From a virus (Duplodnaviria; Caudoviricetes): DNA of 64,000 bases. The translations under genes and the position numbers were made by a program. The DNA lies in the IMG/VR virus record IMGVR_UViG_3300028883_000049, positions 480-64,479 of that record; one strand, 5' to 3'. Numbering within the stretch: position 1 is the stretch's first letter; every line of letters starts with the position of its first letter. The notes under the pieces are model-generated. The model was not told the DNA's origin. It saw only the letters and a list, made by a program, of their open reading frames with translations, and ran no database searches. This document shows positions 8,860 to 19,155 of the stretch, in pieces.

Positions 8860-9193
8860 GAGCACCGCTCCCCTCTCTCACCCGCGCAAAGATAGAACCC
8901 AACCGGAACCAGCTGCTGGACGTCCCCTGGTCGGTTAGAACATCAACCTGAGTCGTTCCCGCCTCATCTCCGGCAGCAACGTCAACCACAATCGCCGGAG
9001 TCACAGCATCGACCGAAATACCCCCGTACAACAACGATCCATCAGCCTGTTTTGCTGGTGCCGAAAATGACCAGCCGCTGATATCCGGTGCCGATTCCCC
9101 AGACGGCGGAACCAGGACAATTCTCACGCGGATATTTTCATTGGTGTGAACCTTCGGGCGTACCTTGAACGCTCTATACTCGTCATAGTCCAT
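8852..9193 (-). CDS. Hypothetical beta-rich structural protein
   Basis: Translationally coupled within the late operon. Confidence 0.55.
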   Translation of the reverse strand: MDYDEYRAFKVRPKVHTNENIRVRIVLVPPSGESAPDISGWSFSAPAKQADGSLLYGGISVDAVTPAIVVDVAAGDEAGTTQVDVLTDQGTSSSWFRLGSIFARVREGSGAHD

Positions 9194-10719
9194 CAGTGTC
9201 CCCTCTTCCAGTTGCGGTAAACCTTTTTCACCGCGTCATAAATCGTGTCAGCCGAAATATTCACCGCGCATCTGGCCGCGCCCGACATCTCATCGATGTT
9301 GCAAAACGCGTCGCCGTAATGCAGCCGGTGACACGGATAGCACGGGCATTGTTCCGGTGTTAGCGCCTGCACGTTCGACCAGTGTTTGGTCAAGTTATTT
9401 TTAGATGAATGCGACAGCATGATCACCTTGTGCGGCGTCTTTTCCATACCAACCGCGTTCAGCACGCCCGTTTCAGGCCCGATCACTAGGTCAACGTTCT
9501 GCGCCAGAACCAGAGATTCACGGATTGTCAGCTCACCCGAAAGACACGAAACCCGACCCTCGTTTTCCCAACCCTGCTCAAGGACCCGGCACTTATCATC
9601 ACCCACCAGGTAAATCTGAGCATCCGGCATCTCCAGCAGAATACGTGCGATCACCGTGTCCTGGTGTGGTGTAAACTTATGGATCGAACTCCCGGCCAAA
9701 GCCCACACCACGTTAAATTCATTTTTGTTTAATTGCTGCTTGGCAAAAAACTCTTCTTCCCGTGCGGCATAAAAAAGCTGCGTTACCTCAAACTCCACCC
9801 CGGCCAGTTGACAGGTCCATTCGTGATAGTTCAGGTTCATCCGCTTCTTGCGCACATCATGCGGCCAGGTATGATTCGGTCGTCCCGGTATCGCCAGCAG
9901 CGTTCCCTCAATTGATTCAGACAGGTTGATAAATTTAGCAAAGCGCTTTTCCTGCTCTGCCCAAAATGCTACCAGCTCATTGTTTGGAACCTGATCCTGA
10001 TCAACGATATACCAGTCATCAATAAAAGGATCGTTGCGTAAAACGTTTTGCCCCTTCGGCGTGGTCATCACCGTCACATGGTATCCCTGCTCTTTTAAAC
10101 GCGGGAACACCAGCGCCGTCTGCAGCATATCGCCGAACCCGCCGAACCGGCAGACGCAAACCTTCGGTTTATTCGGCTCGCCGATTCCCGGCTTCACAAC
10201 CATATCCATCCCCGGCTCAAGCTTTTGATAAGCCTCGAACAGGCTGTACTCGATTCCACCGCTCCGCTCTTCGCATTCGACTTGTTGCCATGCCCCCTCC
10301 AGCAACTTTTCGATATCGCCTGGATAGATATCGTGCTTATGGTCCGGATTCGCTCCCGGCTCCCCGCACTTCGGATACAGGTTCGCGCTCGGCACGTACA
10401 GGCACAAATACCCGCCCGGCTTGATCACCCGGCCCCACTCGGCCAGCGCCGCGCCCATATCCGGCATGTGCTCCAGCAAATGCGACGTGAAAACAAAGTC
10501 CAGGCTGTCATTCGCAAACATCGATAAGTCATCAGCCTCGGACACGATATCCGCCGCGCCCTGACCGAAATGGTGCCCATTGTCGATCCCGATAAAATGC
10601 GGATAGGCTTTTTCCATGCCACAGCCGATCTCCAACCCCCTTCCCCTGGTATACCGGGGAAGAAGGTATTTGATCTTGCGACTTTCAAAACCCTGCGGAC
10701 CGTCAATTGACCAAGACAT
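9193..10719 (-). CDS. Class I SAM methyltransferase / glycosyltransferase family 9 (heptosyltransferase-type) fusion
   Basis: N-terminal GLEIGCG and FTSHLLEH; C-terminal RFGGFGDML, VIGPETGVLNA, CPCYPC...C...C. Confidence 0.85.
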   Translation of the reverse strand: MSWSIDGPQGFESRKIKYLLPRYTRGRGLEIGCGMEKAYPHFIGIDNGHHFGQGAADIVSEADDLSMFANDSLDFVFTSHLLEHMPDMGAALAEWGRVIKPGGYLCLYVPSANLYPKCGEPGANPDHKHDIYPGDIEKLLEGAWQQVECEERSGGIEYSLFEAYQKLEPGMDMVVKPGIGEPNKPKVCVCRFGGFGDMLQTALVFPRLKEQGYHVTVMTTPKGQNVLRNDPFIDDWYIVDQDQVPNNELVAFWAEQEKRFAKFINLSESIEGTLLAIPGRPNHTWPHDVRKKRMNLNYHEWTCQLAGVEFEVTQLFYAAREEEFFAKQQLNKNEFNVVWALAGSSIHKFTPHQDTVIARILLEMPDAQIYLVGDDKCRVLEQGWENEGRVSCLSGELTIRESLVLAQNVDLVIGPETGVLNAVGMEKTPHKVIMLSHSSKNNLTKHWSNVQALTPEQCPCYPCHRLHYGDAFCNIDEMSGAARCAVNISADTIYDAVKKVYRNWKRGH

Positions 10720-11201
10720 TAAGCTTTTCCACCCTGTTGTAGATCCAGCTGTTCGTCAGTGCTTGAAGCCACCCCAACGTTTTTCTTTCCCCTGCTCGTG
10801 GTTTTCTTGTCGGTTTGTGCGGTCTCGTCCGCCTTAACATCAAGCTCATCGATCAGACCGTTCAAGCGCTTGATTTCAACCTCAGCCGTATCAAGCTGTC
10901 CCTGAACTTCAGCTTTTTCCGCATCGGCATTGTCCTTGTCGGCAACAGCCCGCTCAAGCTGCTCTTTCAGCTCAGCATTCTGCTTGCCAAGTTTTTCAAT
11001 CTCGGCAACCAATACAGGGACCTTGGCGTCATCGACAACCACGGGAGCCTGAACCTCAATCGATTCAATCTCCTCCTGCCCAGGCAGCTCTTTTCCTTCC
11101 ACGTCGAACAGAATTCCGAACTGCTCGTAGGCCGCACGACCACTGCCATAAACCTGGCCGTATGGTGCGTTTTTATCAAGCTTACGCTTTCCCTTTGCCA
11201 T
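10719..11201 (-). CDS. Phage hypothetical coiled-coil protein
   Basis: 160 aa ORF with AAGGAG RBS, coupled to the GT9 gene. Confidence 0.6.
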   Translation of the reverse strand: MAKGKRKLDKNAPYGQVYGSGRAAYEQFGILFDVEGKELPGQEEIESIEVQAPVVVDDAKVPVLVAEIEKLGKQNAELKEQLERAVADKDNADAEKAEVQGQLDTAEVEIKRLNGLIDELDVKADETAQTDKKTTSRGKKNVGVASSTDEQLDLQQGGKA

Positions 11202-11253
11202 ACGCGTTTCTCCTTAACATGGTTTAAAATAAATAAACTCGATAAGCCACTAA

Positions 11254-11430
11254 CTACTTATCACTCTTGGTCGCATCGCCGATGCCTTGACGGTCGGTGT
11301 ACCCGCGTTTCAGCCCGCCTTTACCGGCTCCGTAAGTATCTTCAACGCCCGTCGAAACACCCCGGTCCGGCAAATCCCGCCCGTGACATTTTCCATCCGG
11401 CAAACGTTGACCGTTTTTGTCGCCACTCAT
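11254..11430 (-). CDS. Small Gly-rich protein after capsid (58 aa; not in ORF track)
   Basis: GAGGAG RBS; MSGDKNGQRL...KSDK. Confidence 0.5.
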   Translation of the reverse strand: MSGDKNGQRLPDGKCHGRDLPDRGVSTGVEDTYGAGKGGLKRGYTDRQGIGDATKSDK

Positions 11431-11450
11431 GTTTCACTCCTCTTCGTTTT

Positions 11451-11494
11451 AAAAGGTGGGCTGGGAGAACCCGTCTCCCAACCCTATTTCATCA
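11451..11494 (-). terminator. Probable terminator after the capsid gene
   Basis: Minus-strand hairpin GGGTTGGGAGA...TCTCCCAGCCC followed by ACCTTTT. Confidence 0.5.
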
Positions 11495-11502
11495 GCAACC
11501 GA

Positions 11503-12441
11503 TCAGGCTGCAGAATCCCACTTGACGATCCGCTCATCAGCAGCGGCCAGGCGGTTTTTCGCGTACCCGCCAAGGTAGTACCAGGCCACCCCGCGACTGC
11601 GGCCATAATCCCCCGGCAACTTACCGCGCACCTCTTCAGGCACCGCAATGCCCTCACTGGTCGCATCTTCACCGAAGAAGAAAATCCAGTCACTGCCCCC
11701 ATTACTCCAACTCCCCTTGGCCACATGGGTTTGCTCCACATAGCGGGTGTTTTCATAACGTCCGATCTCGCCGTTCATGATCATCTGGAAACCCTGGGGC
11801 GTATACTGGTGTATCCCCTCCAGATCGTTCTTAAACGTGCGCAGCGTGGTCGGCCAGGCAATCCCCATATAATCGTCACCCATGTATGGCGGAATATTCC
11901 GCTCCTTCATCAGGTCGACAATCGCTTTAGCATGGTCCTTGTTGAACGCCACATTGTTGGTTGCCGTTGCCGTCCCGTTCAGGGTCAGGGTTACGGCATC
12001 GGTCGCCGTTCCGCCGGTCGGCACAACCCGCAGCAAAGTGCTGTTCATCTGCGCGTGGTTAGCGATATCGAACGCCTTCTTCGCGTCGTTCTTCATCGCC
12101 GTGTTCACCAGGTTACGCACCGGGATCTCCGAAAGATCATCCAACACGCCAGTGTACGGTACGCTGTTCCCGTATTCCGTCACCGTCATGGTTCCCTGGG
12201 TGATTGTGAAGTTTGTTTCCGGCATGGTACTGGTTTCCGTCAACACGGTCCCCTGCGTTGCCACGTCAGAAACGACATCCCAATGAAAGAGCTGCCCTTT
12301 GTGCTTGCCGACTGCATCATGCAGACTGGCAAACTGGCGAAACTTCACCATCGGCTGCACCACGTTGCGCAGCTCTCTTGAAAGGTTTTTGGCGCTTAAA
12401 TAACCGCCAAGGGTGTTTGTCACCCAAAGCTGTCCAGCCAT
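11503..12441 (-). CDS. Major capsid protein (N4-gp56-like HK97 fold)
   Basis: Position after the scaffold; GGAGG RBS before MAGQLW; VTEYGNSV, GEIGRYENTRYVE, DYGRSRGVAWY motifs. Confidence 0.85.
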   Translation of the reverse strand: MAGQLWVTNTLGGYLSAKNLSRELRNVVQPMVKFRQFASLHDAVGKHKGQLFHWDVVSDVATQGTVLTETSTMPETNFTITQGTMTVTEYGNSVPYTGVLDDLSEIPVRNLVNTAMKNDAKKAFDIANHAQMNSTLLRVVPTGGTATDAVTLTLNGTATATNNVAFNKDHAKAIVDLMKERNIPPYMGDDYMGIAWPTTLRTFKNDLEGIHQYTPQGFQMIMNGEIGRYENTRYVEQTHVAKGSWSNGGSDWIFFFGEDATSEGIAVPEEVRGKLPGDYGRSRGVAWYYLGGYAKNRLAAADERIVKWDSAA

Positions 12442-12551
12442 ATTTCGTTCCTCCCTTCCGTCTCCCGACGGTAGCTTTGAAGGGCGCGGCCCGCCTTCGA
12501 GCCGCAACCCAATAGGTTTACGTTAATCCGTCCGCCTCCCGGCGGTCGCTG

Positions 12552-13562
12552 TTACGCTGGCAGTCCGCGTGCTTTGCGCATTTCCGCAATAATCTCCGCC
12601 GGTTTTTCTTCACCGGTTTCTTCTGCACCGCGTGCCACGACACTGGCGGCAACCGGCAACTGGTCAAGCTCCTGCTTGCGCTCCTGGCGTTTTTCGAGTT
12701 CGGTCTTTTTCTCTTCCGGTTCCGGTTTGTCAAACACCTTGCTCACAGCTTTGGCGGTTTCGTCCAGCGCCTCGCGGTAGCTGATTTCACCTTTGACGAC
12801 CTTATCCTGGTAGTCCCGTGCGAAAACAAAGTCACCATACTGCCTCTTTTCAGAAACAACCGTTTCCCCTGTTTCCGGGTCTTTTTGCTCCTGAAAATCA
12901 GTGTTATCTTCGACAAACTCGTTCCATATCTTGGCGTTTTCCTCAGTAAGCCGCTCCTTGTCAAGTTCGGACTTCAGTTCCGTCTTGACCTTGGACTTGA
13001 TCTTGTCTTCGTCTAACGTCTGGGTAGGCTGTTGCTGCCGCCCTTTGTAGACATCCTTGAAAAACTCCGCCACCTTCTCTTCATCGCCATCTTCAAGCGC
13101 TCTGGTCACTTCGGCAACGCGGGCCTCAACATCCTCATCGGACAGGTCCGTGGTTCCCTCGTCGACCGCCGCCTGCACCTGCGCAGTCAGTTGTTGCTCC
13201 AGCTGCTGGCTTCTTTCCTGCAACTTCTGCAGTTCCGCCTGTAGGGACGTTTCCCGGCCTGACATCGAGCGCACACGCCCTTGCAGCGTCTGTAGCTCAT
13301 TCACCACCGAATCAAGTCCCCTTTCTTCCTCCCTGTCGCCGAGTTTGACGCGGACCTTGTATCGCGCAGGTTCGTCAACCAATACCGCTTTTTCATCATC
13401 CGTGGTCTCTTCAGCTTCAGGGTTTTGGCTCTGGATCTGACCGTCGACATATTCGTCATGACGTTCCTCAATTCCATCCATTGCCAACTCGCGAGCGGTC
13501 TTGGTCCGCTCTTCCGTTTCGGTTTTCACATCAGCGCCCTGTCGGGTAGCCTCGTTTTCCAT
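12552..13562 (-). CDS. Capsid scaffolding protein
   Basis: Acidic coiled-coil protein between portal and capsid; ends IAEMRKARG. Confidence 0.7.
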   Translation of the reverse strand: MENEATRQGADVKTETEERTKTARELAMDGIEERHDEYVDGQIQSQNPEAEETTDDEKAVLVDEPARYKVRVKLGDREEERGLDSVVNELQTLQGRVRSMSGRETSLQAELQKLQERSQQLEQQLTAQVQAAVDEGTTDLSDEDVEARVAEVTRALEDGDEEKVAEFFKDVYKGRQQQPTQTLDEDKIKSKVKTELKSELDKERLTEENAKIWNEFVEDNTDFQEQKDPETGETVVSEKRQYGDFVFARDYQDKVVKGEISYREALDETAKAVSKVFDKPEPEEKKTELEKRQERKQELDQLPVAASVVARGAEETGEEKPAEIIAEMRKARGLPA

Positions 13563-13841
13563 TTAACTCTCCTCTCCCTTGAGTAAACGTTCTGCCTGCC
13601 AGCCTTCCTCGATCAGCCCGCCCAGCAGACTGGTAATTTCTCCACTGTTTTCGCAGGTTAACTGCAACCTCACTATTTCCGCGATATTGTTCGGATCGGC
13701 TGTCTTCAGCTTTTCAACCGCCTCTTCCTCTCTTTTCTCCAACCCGGCAACCAGGTACTGACCAATCCGGCTGTTTAAAAACGCCTCGGTCTCGATCCCC
13801 AAATCAACCCGGTTTAAAAGTTCTTTATCGTCCTGGCTCAT
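13563..13841 (-). CDS. Small conserved head-module protein
   Basis: EAFLNSRIGQYL; located between portal and scaffold. Confidence 0.6.
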   Translation of the reverse strand: MSQDDKELLNRVDLGIETEAFLNSRIGQYLVAGLEKREEEAVEKLKTADPNNIAEIVRLQLTCENSGEITSLLGGLIEEGWQAERLLKGEES

Positions 13842-13879
13842 AATCTCCGCTTTCCTTGTTCATTATGTTAATGAACACC

Positions 13880-16024
13880 TTAATCAGAAACAAGCTCAGC
13901 CTGACGTCCCGACTCAATCCCCGTCATCATGCCACGCTGCGGGTTTGCCGGACTCATCGGCGACGTGTTCTTGTCAATCGTCGCCTCTTCCGGCAGCAGC
14001 AACCGCTCTGTTCTCGGCAGCGAATCTCCACCGTCCTGATCTTCAAACCCGGCGCTCCTGGCAATCGCGTCAGCCACCGGAGCAACACCCGGCACCGTCA
14101 CTGCGGTCTGTGCCGTATTCATTGCTCCAAACAGTGATTCAACCCGCTTATTCGTCGTCTCAACCCGCTTTAATTCGGTTTCTTCACGAATCTTCCCGGC
14201 TTCTGCCAACAACTTCTCAACCTGGGCCTGCACCACTTCTGGCGGATGTTTCGCATCTAACGCCTGCTGTAGCTGCTCGATCATCTGAACAGCCTGAACC
14301 AAACGCGGATCTTCCTGCTCCTCTTCATCCTGTTGCGGAATCAGGAATCGGCTGCCATCGCGGTATCCACTCTTGCCGAAAACCTCTTTGACAATCTCCC
14401 GCTCTCCCGGAGACAACTGCCGCTTCAAAAAGTCCGGTCCCAGAATTTCCGACAACAATTTCATAGCCGCCACAAACCGCCGCAGTTGCATTTGCGGATT
14501 AATCGCCCCGATCCCCACGTTAACCCCAAGCAGCACCTCGTTGGTCAACAACGCCAGAGTCACCTTTTCCAGCGGTATCCCAGCCGTCATGGCCGCCGCT
14601 TTCAAGATTTTCTCATCGTTCTCGTGCGTCTGCTCAAGTATCAGAATTTGTCGCAAAGTCGGCTCCACCCAGGTTTCGACAAACGTCCTCAGCTTATATT
14701 CAGACACCTGGTCCGCGCTCGAATTCAACAGCTCCATACCGCCGACCGTTTCGTTCAGTTGACGGTTTGTCGCCACGCTCGAACCGGAAAAAGACCCCAT
14801 CAAATCATCAAAGTCCAGGTTCAAACGGTCCTGTTCCTGGTAACTGCTGGCCGTCGCGTCATCCGTCGTCACCACCTTGACGTCGCTGTTCGGCTCATCC
14901 ATCAACGTCACCGACGCCGGAGAATTCCGCGTCAGCGAACGCAGATCGATATTCTTGCCGCGCTTGGCAAAGTAGCGCTTGTTCAGCCTCAGCTTGACGT
15001 TATCGATCCGCAGGTTTGCAACGTCGTTGATTTCCGTCTGGATATCGCGTGACAACTCACACTCGCTTGACTTATAAGCCTTGTGCGCTTCGACAATCGA
15101 AAAACCAACAGTTACAGGACGTCCCTGAGGGTATTCATCCTCAACCATGGCTGGATCAGACAACAACTTTGTATCTCCCAGGGTGTAATAGAAAATATCG
15201 AAACCCTCGACCTCGATAATATTCTGATGCACCCAGACGATAGTAAAATCATTGTTTGCGCTATTGACCTGCTTCGAATCCGTTCCGTTATTCTCCCTCG
15301 CCTGGCGCATGGTATCACTTGTCTTGCTCGCGCTTAAAATCGTTCCATCCGGGTAATAACGCCACTTCGGCTCATCCCCATCTCGCCCTGGAAGCATTCG
15401 CGCTCGTACATCCTTCAGATACATCGGCCAGTAAATAATCAGATATGGCGACGTGTTCACCACGTCACGCCAATCCGCCGCCGGGTCAAAACGCACATTT
15501 TCAGGCGGTAACAAAGTAATATCCGCACGGTCGATCTTTTTCTTTTTATTGTATTTCCACTGCTGAAACGACGCGACAATCCCCACCGCCTCGGATTCCT
15601 GGTAAGCCCCCTGACAAGTCAGGAACCACGGCAATCCATAAGGGTGCGGACGCGTCAAGCGTATCTGAAGCAACGCCTGTTGAAACTTGGCGCTGTCGAT
15701 CTGTTCAGGATCATCCTTATCCACCGGCTGGCAACTGACCACATCCTCGGTTGAGAAAAAGGCTCCGGCTGCCATTGCCTCGTCTTTACGGATTGCAGAT
15801 CGTGTTTTCGGGCGGAACAATTTGCTTTTCAGGCGGTAAGAATCAGTGAAATATTTTGAGCCTTCAGGATGTTGACTCTGAAACTGGCGGATATCCTTTA
15901 TCATCCGACTGCGAATATTCGCGTCGAAAAAATTGGATGACGCCGTGTTGGCATCGCTTGCCAGCTTGATCCAGAACGCATCATTCGGTTTTTCCGTTGT
16001 CTGCAATGCCTGCTCTTCGCTCAT
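13880..16024 (-). CDS. Portal protein (podovirus type)
   Basis: 714 aa downstream of terminase; FRPKTR, RFDPAADW, NETVGGM, FVETWVEP motifs. Confidence 0.85.
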   Translation of the reverse strand: MSEEQALQTTEKPNDAFWIKLASDANTASSNFFDANIRSRMIKDIRQFQSQHPEGSKYFTDSYRLKSKLFRPKTRSAIRKDEAMAAGAFFSTEDVVSCQPVDKDDPEQIDSAKFQQALLQIRLTRPHPYGLPWFLTCQGAYQESEAVGIVASFQQWKYNKKKKIDRADITLLPPENVRFDPAADWRDVVNTSPYLIIYWPMYLKDVRARMLPGRDGDEPKWRYYPDGTILSASKTSDTMRQARENNGTDSKQVNSANNDFTIVWVHQNIIEVEGFDIFYYTLGDTKLLSDPAMVEDEYPQGRPVTVGFSIVEAHKAYKSSECELSRDIQTEINDVANLRIDNVKLRLNKRYFAKRGKNIDLRSLTRNSPASVTLMDEPNSDVKVVTTDDATASSYQEQDRLNLDFDDLMGSFSGSSVATNRQLNETVGGMELLNSSADQVSEYKLRTFVETWVEPTLRQILILEQTHENDEKILKAAAMTAGIPLEKVTLALLTNEVLLGVNVGIGAINPQMQLRRFVAAMKLLSEILGPDFLKRQLSPGEREIVKEVFGKSGYRDGSRFLIPQQDEEEQEDPRLVQAVQMIEQLQQALDAKHPPEVVQAQVEKLLAEAGKIREETELKRVETTNKRVESLFGAMNTAQTAVTVPGVAPVADAIARSAGFEDQDGGDSLPRTERLLLPEEATIDKNTSPMSPANPQRGMMTGIESGRQAELVSD

Positions 16025-16410
16025 TGATCAGCCCTCAGCCGTCCTGAAAAATCGGTCGGCAGCTCGTCAACTCTCTCCTGGTTCAAACGTCCGCGCTCAA
16101 CATGATACCGCTCAAGAATCTCGCCGCCGTAGCGCATCGCCAGTCTTTCCAATTCCGAAGCCGTCGCATAGCCGTCCATCGGTATCCGGCAGCCCATTTG
16201 CCCATCCAGCGACAGGTTACGGATATCGATCAACCCCTTACGTCGATCCGCCTGCACTAACCACTGGTGGTTCGGGTAATGGCGCAGCAGCACCTGACCA
16301 ACCATCTCGCAGATCTGTTGGTCAATCGGATCGATAATATCCGTTATTTCCATGTCCCGCGAAACAACCGGCTCGTCGTTGCGGCAAACAATTCCATGCT
16401 GTTCAGGCAT
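16021..16410 (-). CDS. Phage hypothetical protein
   Basis: HYPNHQW...GGEILERY; overlaps the portal start. Confidence 0.65.
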   Translation of the reverse strand: MPEQHGIVCRNDEPVVSRDMEITDIIDPIDQQICEMVGQVLLRHYPNHQWLVQADRRKGLIDIRNLSLDGQMGCRIPMDGYATASELERLAMRYGGEILERYHVERGRLNQERVDELPTDFSGRLRADQ

Positions 16411-16868
16411 TCATCAACTCCTCTTCCAGCAAACGTCCTATCCTGTTTGCTAGCGTATCTGAAACGGTAATATATCTTTCCCCCTCTGGGTGATCCACCT
16501 CCAAACCTTTTCTTTCTGCTGTTCTCAAGCATCGTGAAAATTCTTTTAATTCTTTCCTCCGATCACTCAACTTCCGGCTCCGTTTCCAGCGTGATCAGGT
16601 TGTCTTTTTCCGTCCGCGACAACCACAACCACTCCTTGTAACTGTAAACATCTTTAATGCTCATCGGCAACCGCTCATATTCAGGGCACGGCTTGCCATA
16701 TTTATCCCGGTCAAGCCTCCGGCTCATAAGCCCCGTTGCCCGACTCAAAGCGCCGCCCGTTGCTGAAGCGATAACCCGAAGCGGTCTTATCTTCCTTGCG
16801 CACATCCACCGCTTTCACGATCTGAGAAAACTGTGCCTGAGACGACTTGATTTCTTCTGTGCTTTCCA

Positions 16869-18506
16869 TCACATCACCTCCGGTTCCAGTAACTGCTCAT
16901 CGATAATGATCGGCGGCCTGTAGTCCATATCGTAAATCCGGCTGCATGAATCGAGAAAATCATCATGTTTGCTGAACGGGTAAACCAGGTACTCATCCAG
17001 AAACATCTTATTCAAACTGTAACGGTTCCCCTCATGGTCCCGCCGGAAGACCGGTTTTAAAATTCTGTAAGCCTCCCCCTGCTCTCTCATCTTGATTTGT
17101 CTGGACGATTCAGCCTTAACCACGTTTCCCTGCTCGTTCTTTCTCATCACCACCTCGATCAAAAAGAACTTACCGTTCGAAAAATCAGGAACAAGGCGTT
17201 GAATCCGGTCTTCCTTTGCCGCTGGCGTATCCTGCGGCCAGTTCAGCTCCTTAATTTCAAAATGGTCCCCGGTCAGTTCCATCTTCTCTTCAAAGTGCTC
17301 AAGGTCGCTGCGCATCCCGAACCGTTCATATCCGACTTCCACGCTCTGTACCCCCGGTTGTTGCATCCAGTATTTACGTAAGGCCGTCATGTTTTTCCAG
17401 CGCTCCGTTAAGCTCATCTTGTGGCAGAAACCATCAACCAGGTACTTGTTTCGTGCCGCGTCGACCGCGATCACCGACATCGCTGTGTTGTCACTATTTT
17501 TCTTTTTACTGCTGGCCGGGTCTACCATAATGTAGATATTCACCGTTCCCGGACGAATATCAATGAACTTCAGTTCCTCTTTCAGGAACATGGCCGCCTG
17601 GCCCTCGGTCGGGTTTTGCAGCATCTGCGCCGCCAGGGTCGAACGCTGATTGATCTTGACTTTCGCCCACTCCTCCGGCGTTAAAAAGACCGGGTTCCCT
17701 GTTTTCTTGCCATCGTCAGTCGCCGGATAAACACGTGCCTTCAAAATATTGTTATCAATGATCTCACCGTAGGTATCAGCGAAGCTATAGCGGGTACCAA
17801 TATGCCATCTCCGGTCTGATTCCTTTGACTTCAGGTTGTCCGACAGCTCCCAGCATTCCGTGGTTTTCCTCACCATGTCCGGGCCGGTCACACTCTCACG
17901 CGTTACAACATCATCGTAAATACGCAGCTTGTAGTGAGCACCCGTCGGTTGACCATCCGTCAGTCCGTTGGCTTCAATCGTACCCTCTTTCGGGTTCGAT
18001 TCACGCCTCACATCAATCCGGTACTGGTCCCAGCTCGCCCCAGCTCGCCTCGCATCCCGAACTGGATCGGCCCACAACACGTCCGGGTAAGTCGCTTTCA
18101 ACTCCTCATTGCTTTCCAGCTCATACTTGATCTGCCCCAGGAACTTTGCTGAAAGCTTTTTCACATGAGCGAAAATACCAATGGTAATTTCAGGGTCGAT
18201 CAACAACTCCTGAATACTTCCCGCGAACGTGATAATTGTCGACTTGTAATGATACCTTGCCCACAAATCCAGACACTCATCCGGCTCAGCCTCAACTTCA
18301 CGGCAACGCTCATATAGCCACGGATGAATCGCATCCTTCCGATGCAGCAACCAGGTCAGCAGAAAATACCGATCAACCCGTCCCAGAGCAGCCTTGCCTC
18401 GTGGTCCAAACTTATCAAGAATCGATTGCCAAAGATCAAACACCCGGTTAAAAGAAGCGGACTGGATCTCCGCAACGATATCTTCGGGTAATTCAAGCCG
18501 ATCCAT
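16869..18506 (-). CDS. Terminase large subunit
   Basis: Walker A variant ARYHYKST, Walker B IYDDVV, IGTRY, RNase H-like VDPAS...HDDFLD. Confidence 0.92.
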   Translation of the reverse strand: MDRLELPEDIVAEIQSASFNRVFDLWQSILDKFGPRGKAALGRVDRYFLLTWLLHRKDAIHPWLYERCREVEAEPDECLDLWARYHYKSTIITFAGSIQELLIDPEITIGIFAHVKKLSAKFLGQIKYELESNEELKATYPDVLWADPVRDARRAGASWDQYRIDVRRESNPKEGTIEANGLTDGQPTGAHYKLRIYDDVVTRESVTGPDMVRKTTECWELSDNLKSKESDRRWHIGTRYSFADTYGEIIDNNILKARVYPATDDGKKTGNPVFLTPEEWAKVKINQRSTLAAQMLQNPTEGQAAMFLKEELKFIDIRPGTVNIYIMVDPASSKKKNSDNTAMSVIAVDAARNKYLVDGFCHKMSLTERWKNMTALRKYWMQQPGVQSVEVGYERFGMRSDLEHFEEKMELTGDHFEIKELNWPQDTPAAKEDRIQRLVPDFSNGKFFLIEVVMRKNEQGNVVKAESSRQIKMREQGEAYRILKPVFRRDHEGNRYSLNKMFLDEYLVYPFSKHDDFLDSCSRIYDMDYRPPIIIDEQLLEPEVM

Positions 18507-19155
18507 TGCTGTGCTTCTGAAACTCGGCTCTCAGTTCGTTCATTTTCGCCGCGTCTTCCGCAGCGACAACACTGTTTGTTTCTATCGGTCCACCATCAGG
18601 TCCGCTGATTTCCTTGCGTTCCTTGTGTAGCCCCAATATCTTCGCCAGCTCTATCGCTGCTCCACCCCTCGACGGGATTGAAAACAGCGGAACAACATTG
18701 CCGTCCTTATCCACATCAAACCCGATATCAATAATGCTTTTAATTTGTGTCTCCAACTCCGAGAACTTTTTCGGCTGAACTTTTCCGTCATCACCAACAT
18801 CGATTAACTCATCCAGATCCATTTTAAGTATTTTCCCGTGGTACTGAAGAATCTCATCCGCCGTAACGTTATATCTTCGTTTCAGCTCACCACGGATCTG
18901 ATCTATTCTCGATTTCACCTCAGGATTTGTTAGGAGTTTACTTGCCTCAACCCGAGCTGTTGAATCCTTAACCTTCGGTTTTACCTTTTTGTACGCACCA
19001 TACCCGTTGTCACCGCGCAGAACGAATTCCCAACAAAAACGCTCTTTCCACGGTGGACTCAATACGATCACTTCATAGCCCATCTCCTCTTCCATGCTCG
19101 GAAGAACAACCTGGCCAGCGACCTTCTGGTTGTTTTCCACCCCAGCTTCAGACAT
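18493..19155 (-). CDS. Terminase small subunit
   Basis: AYK...TARVEASKLLTNPEV; C-terminal LAKILG...EISGPDGGPI. Confidence 0.85.
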   Translation of the reverse strand: MSEAGVENNQKVAGQVVLPSMEEEMGYEVIVLSPPWKERFCWEFVLRGDNGYGAYKKVKPKVKDSTARVEASKLLTNPEVKSRIDQIRGELKRRYNVTADEILQYHGKILKMDLDELIDVGDDGKVQPKKFSELETQIKSIIDIGFDVDKDGNVVPLFSIPSRGGAAIELAKILGLHKERKEISGPDGGPIETNSVVAAEDAAKMNELRAEFQKHSNGSA

